Source of the DNA: Neoechinorhynchus agilis
Taxonomy: Eukaryota; Animalia; Acanthocephala
Direction: 5' to 3'
Assembly (NCBI GenBank): GCA_051530055.1
Contig: CM121341.1
Location: 9,588,784 to 9,652,783, forward strand
DNA length: 64,000 bases
In this document: positions 63,670-64,000 of the stretch, piece after piece
Layout of the letters: the number at the start of each line of letters is the position of its first letter
How positions within the stretch are numbered: the stretch's first letter is position 1
The notes under the pieces: model-generated
The model's input: the letters and a program-made list of their open reading frames with translations, nothing else
What the model was told of the DNA's origin: nothing
The model's database searches: none
Position numbers and translations under genes: made by a program

Positions 63670-63797
63670 AGGACAATAAAAAAAGTACAAAACGTGCAAT
63701 CACCACCGTCCGCAAAATTGGAGCTTCTCTCCTTCCTCGGTAGTGCCTCGTTGTACTGCAAGCGAGATATTTTGTCGCAGGAATACACCTGCGCGGG
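63670..63797 (-). mobile_element. Very short 3'-terminal CRE fragment
   Basis: GTTGTACTGCAAGCGAGATATTTTGTCGCAGGAATAC and AAAACGTGCAATCACC match the reverse complement of ~61370-61490. Confidence 0.8.
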
Positions 63798-64000
63798 ACC
63801 CATGTACCTCTTGGTCCTTGTGATCATTTCAGAGTTGATGACGGATTCGGAGTGGATGACGGATCCGGTGTGGATGATGGTTCCGAATTCAATGTCCCCC
63901 ACTCGCACAATAGTTTTTCGCTCATTTTTAACTTTTTCACAGATACCGAGCAGACAATCTGCGCTTCGCTAGAAGGGGACGCCCTAATCAAATTTTGTTG

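Noticed and set aside
63456-63972. 150-aa and 128-aa ORFs as genes
   Set aside because: They are chimeric read-throughs across a CRE 3' fragment and flanking repeats.

Overview
Eukaryotic genomic DNA from an invertebrate metazoan with a compact gene structure (many ~45-60 nt GT-AG introns, several intronless genes). I cannot name the species from sequence alone. Recognisable genes are PSME3IP1/FAM192A, CLP1, CLEC16A, RBM25, a LEPROT/Vps55-family gene and a ~17-kb perlecan-like gene (LDLa, Ig and laminin-B domains) that ends without LamG domains. There are also two tandem Arg-rich paralogs carrying a CHTOP/ALYREF-type UAP56-binding motif and a 4-exon acidic orphan gene. Intergenic DNA is rich in mobile elements: at least 7 CRE-clade (RLE) non-LTR retrotransposon copies, L2/CR1-group LINEs, RTE and Penelope remnants, fold-back elements and two tandem arrays. 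The best candidate for a novel system is a tRNA-headed (Pol III A/B box) ~340-bp element at 15.1-15.45 kb. It holds a complete hammerhead ribozyme core whose three strands lie in a non-canonical, scrambled order. The 333-bp satellite at 1-2770 is an amplified relative of this element that has lost two of the three core strands. All structures, alignments and splice models were read by eye and have not been computed.
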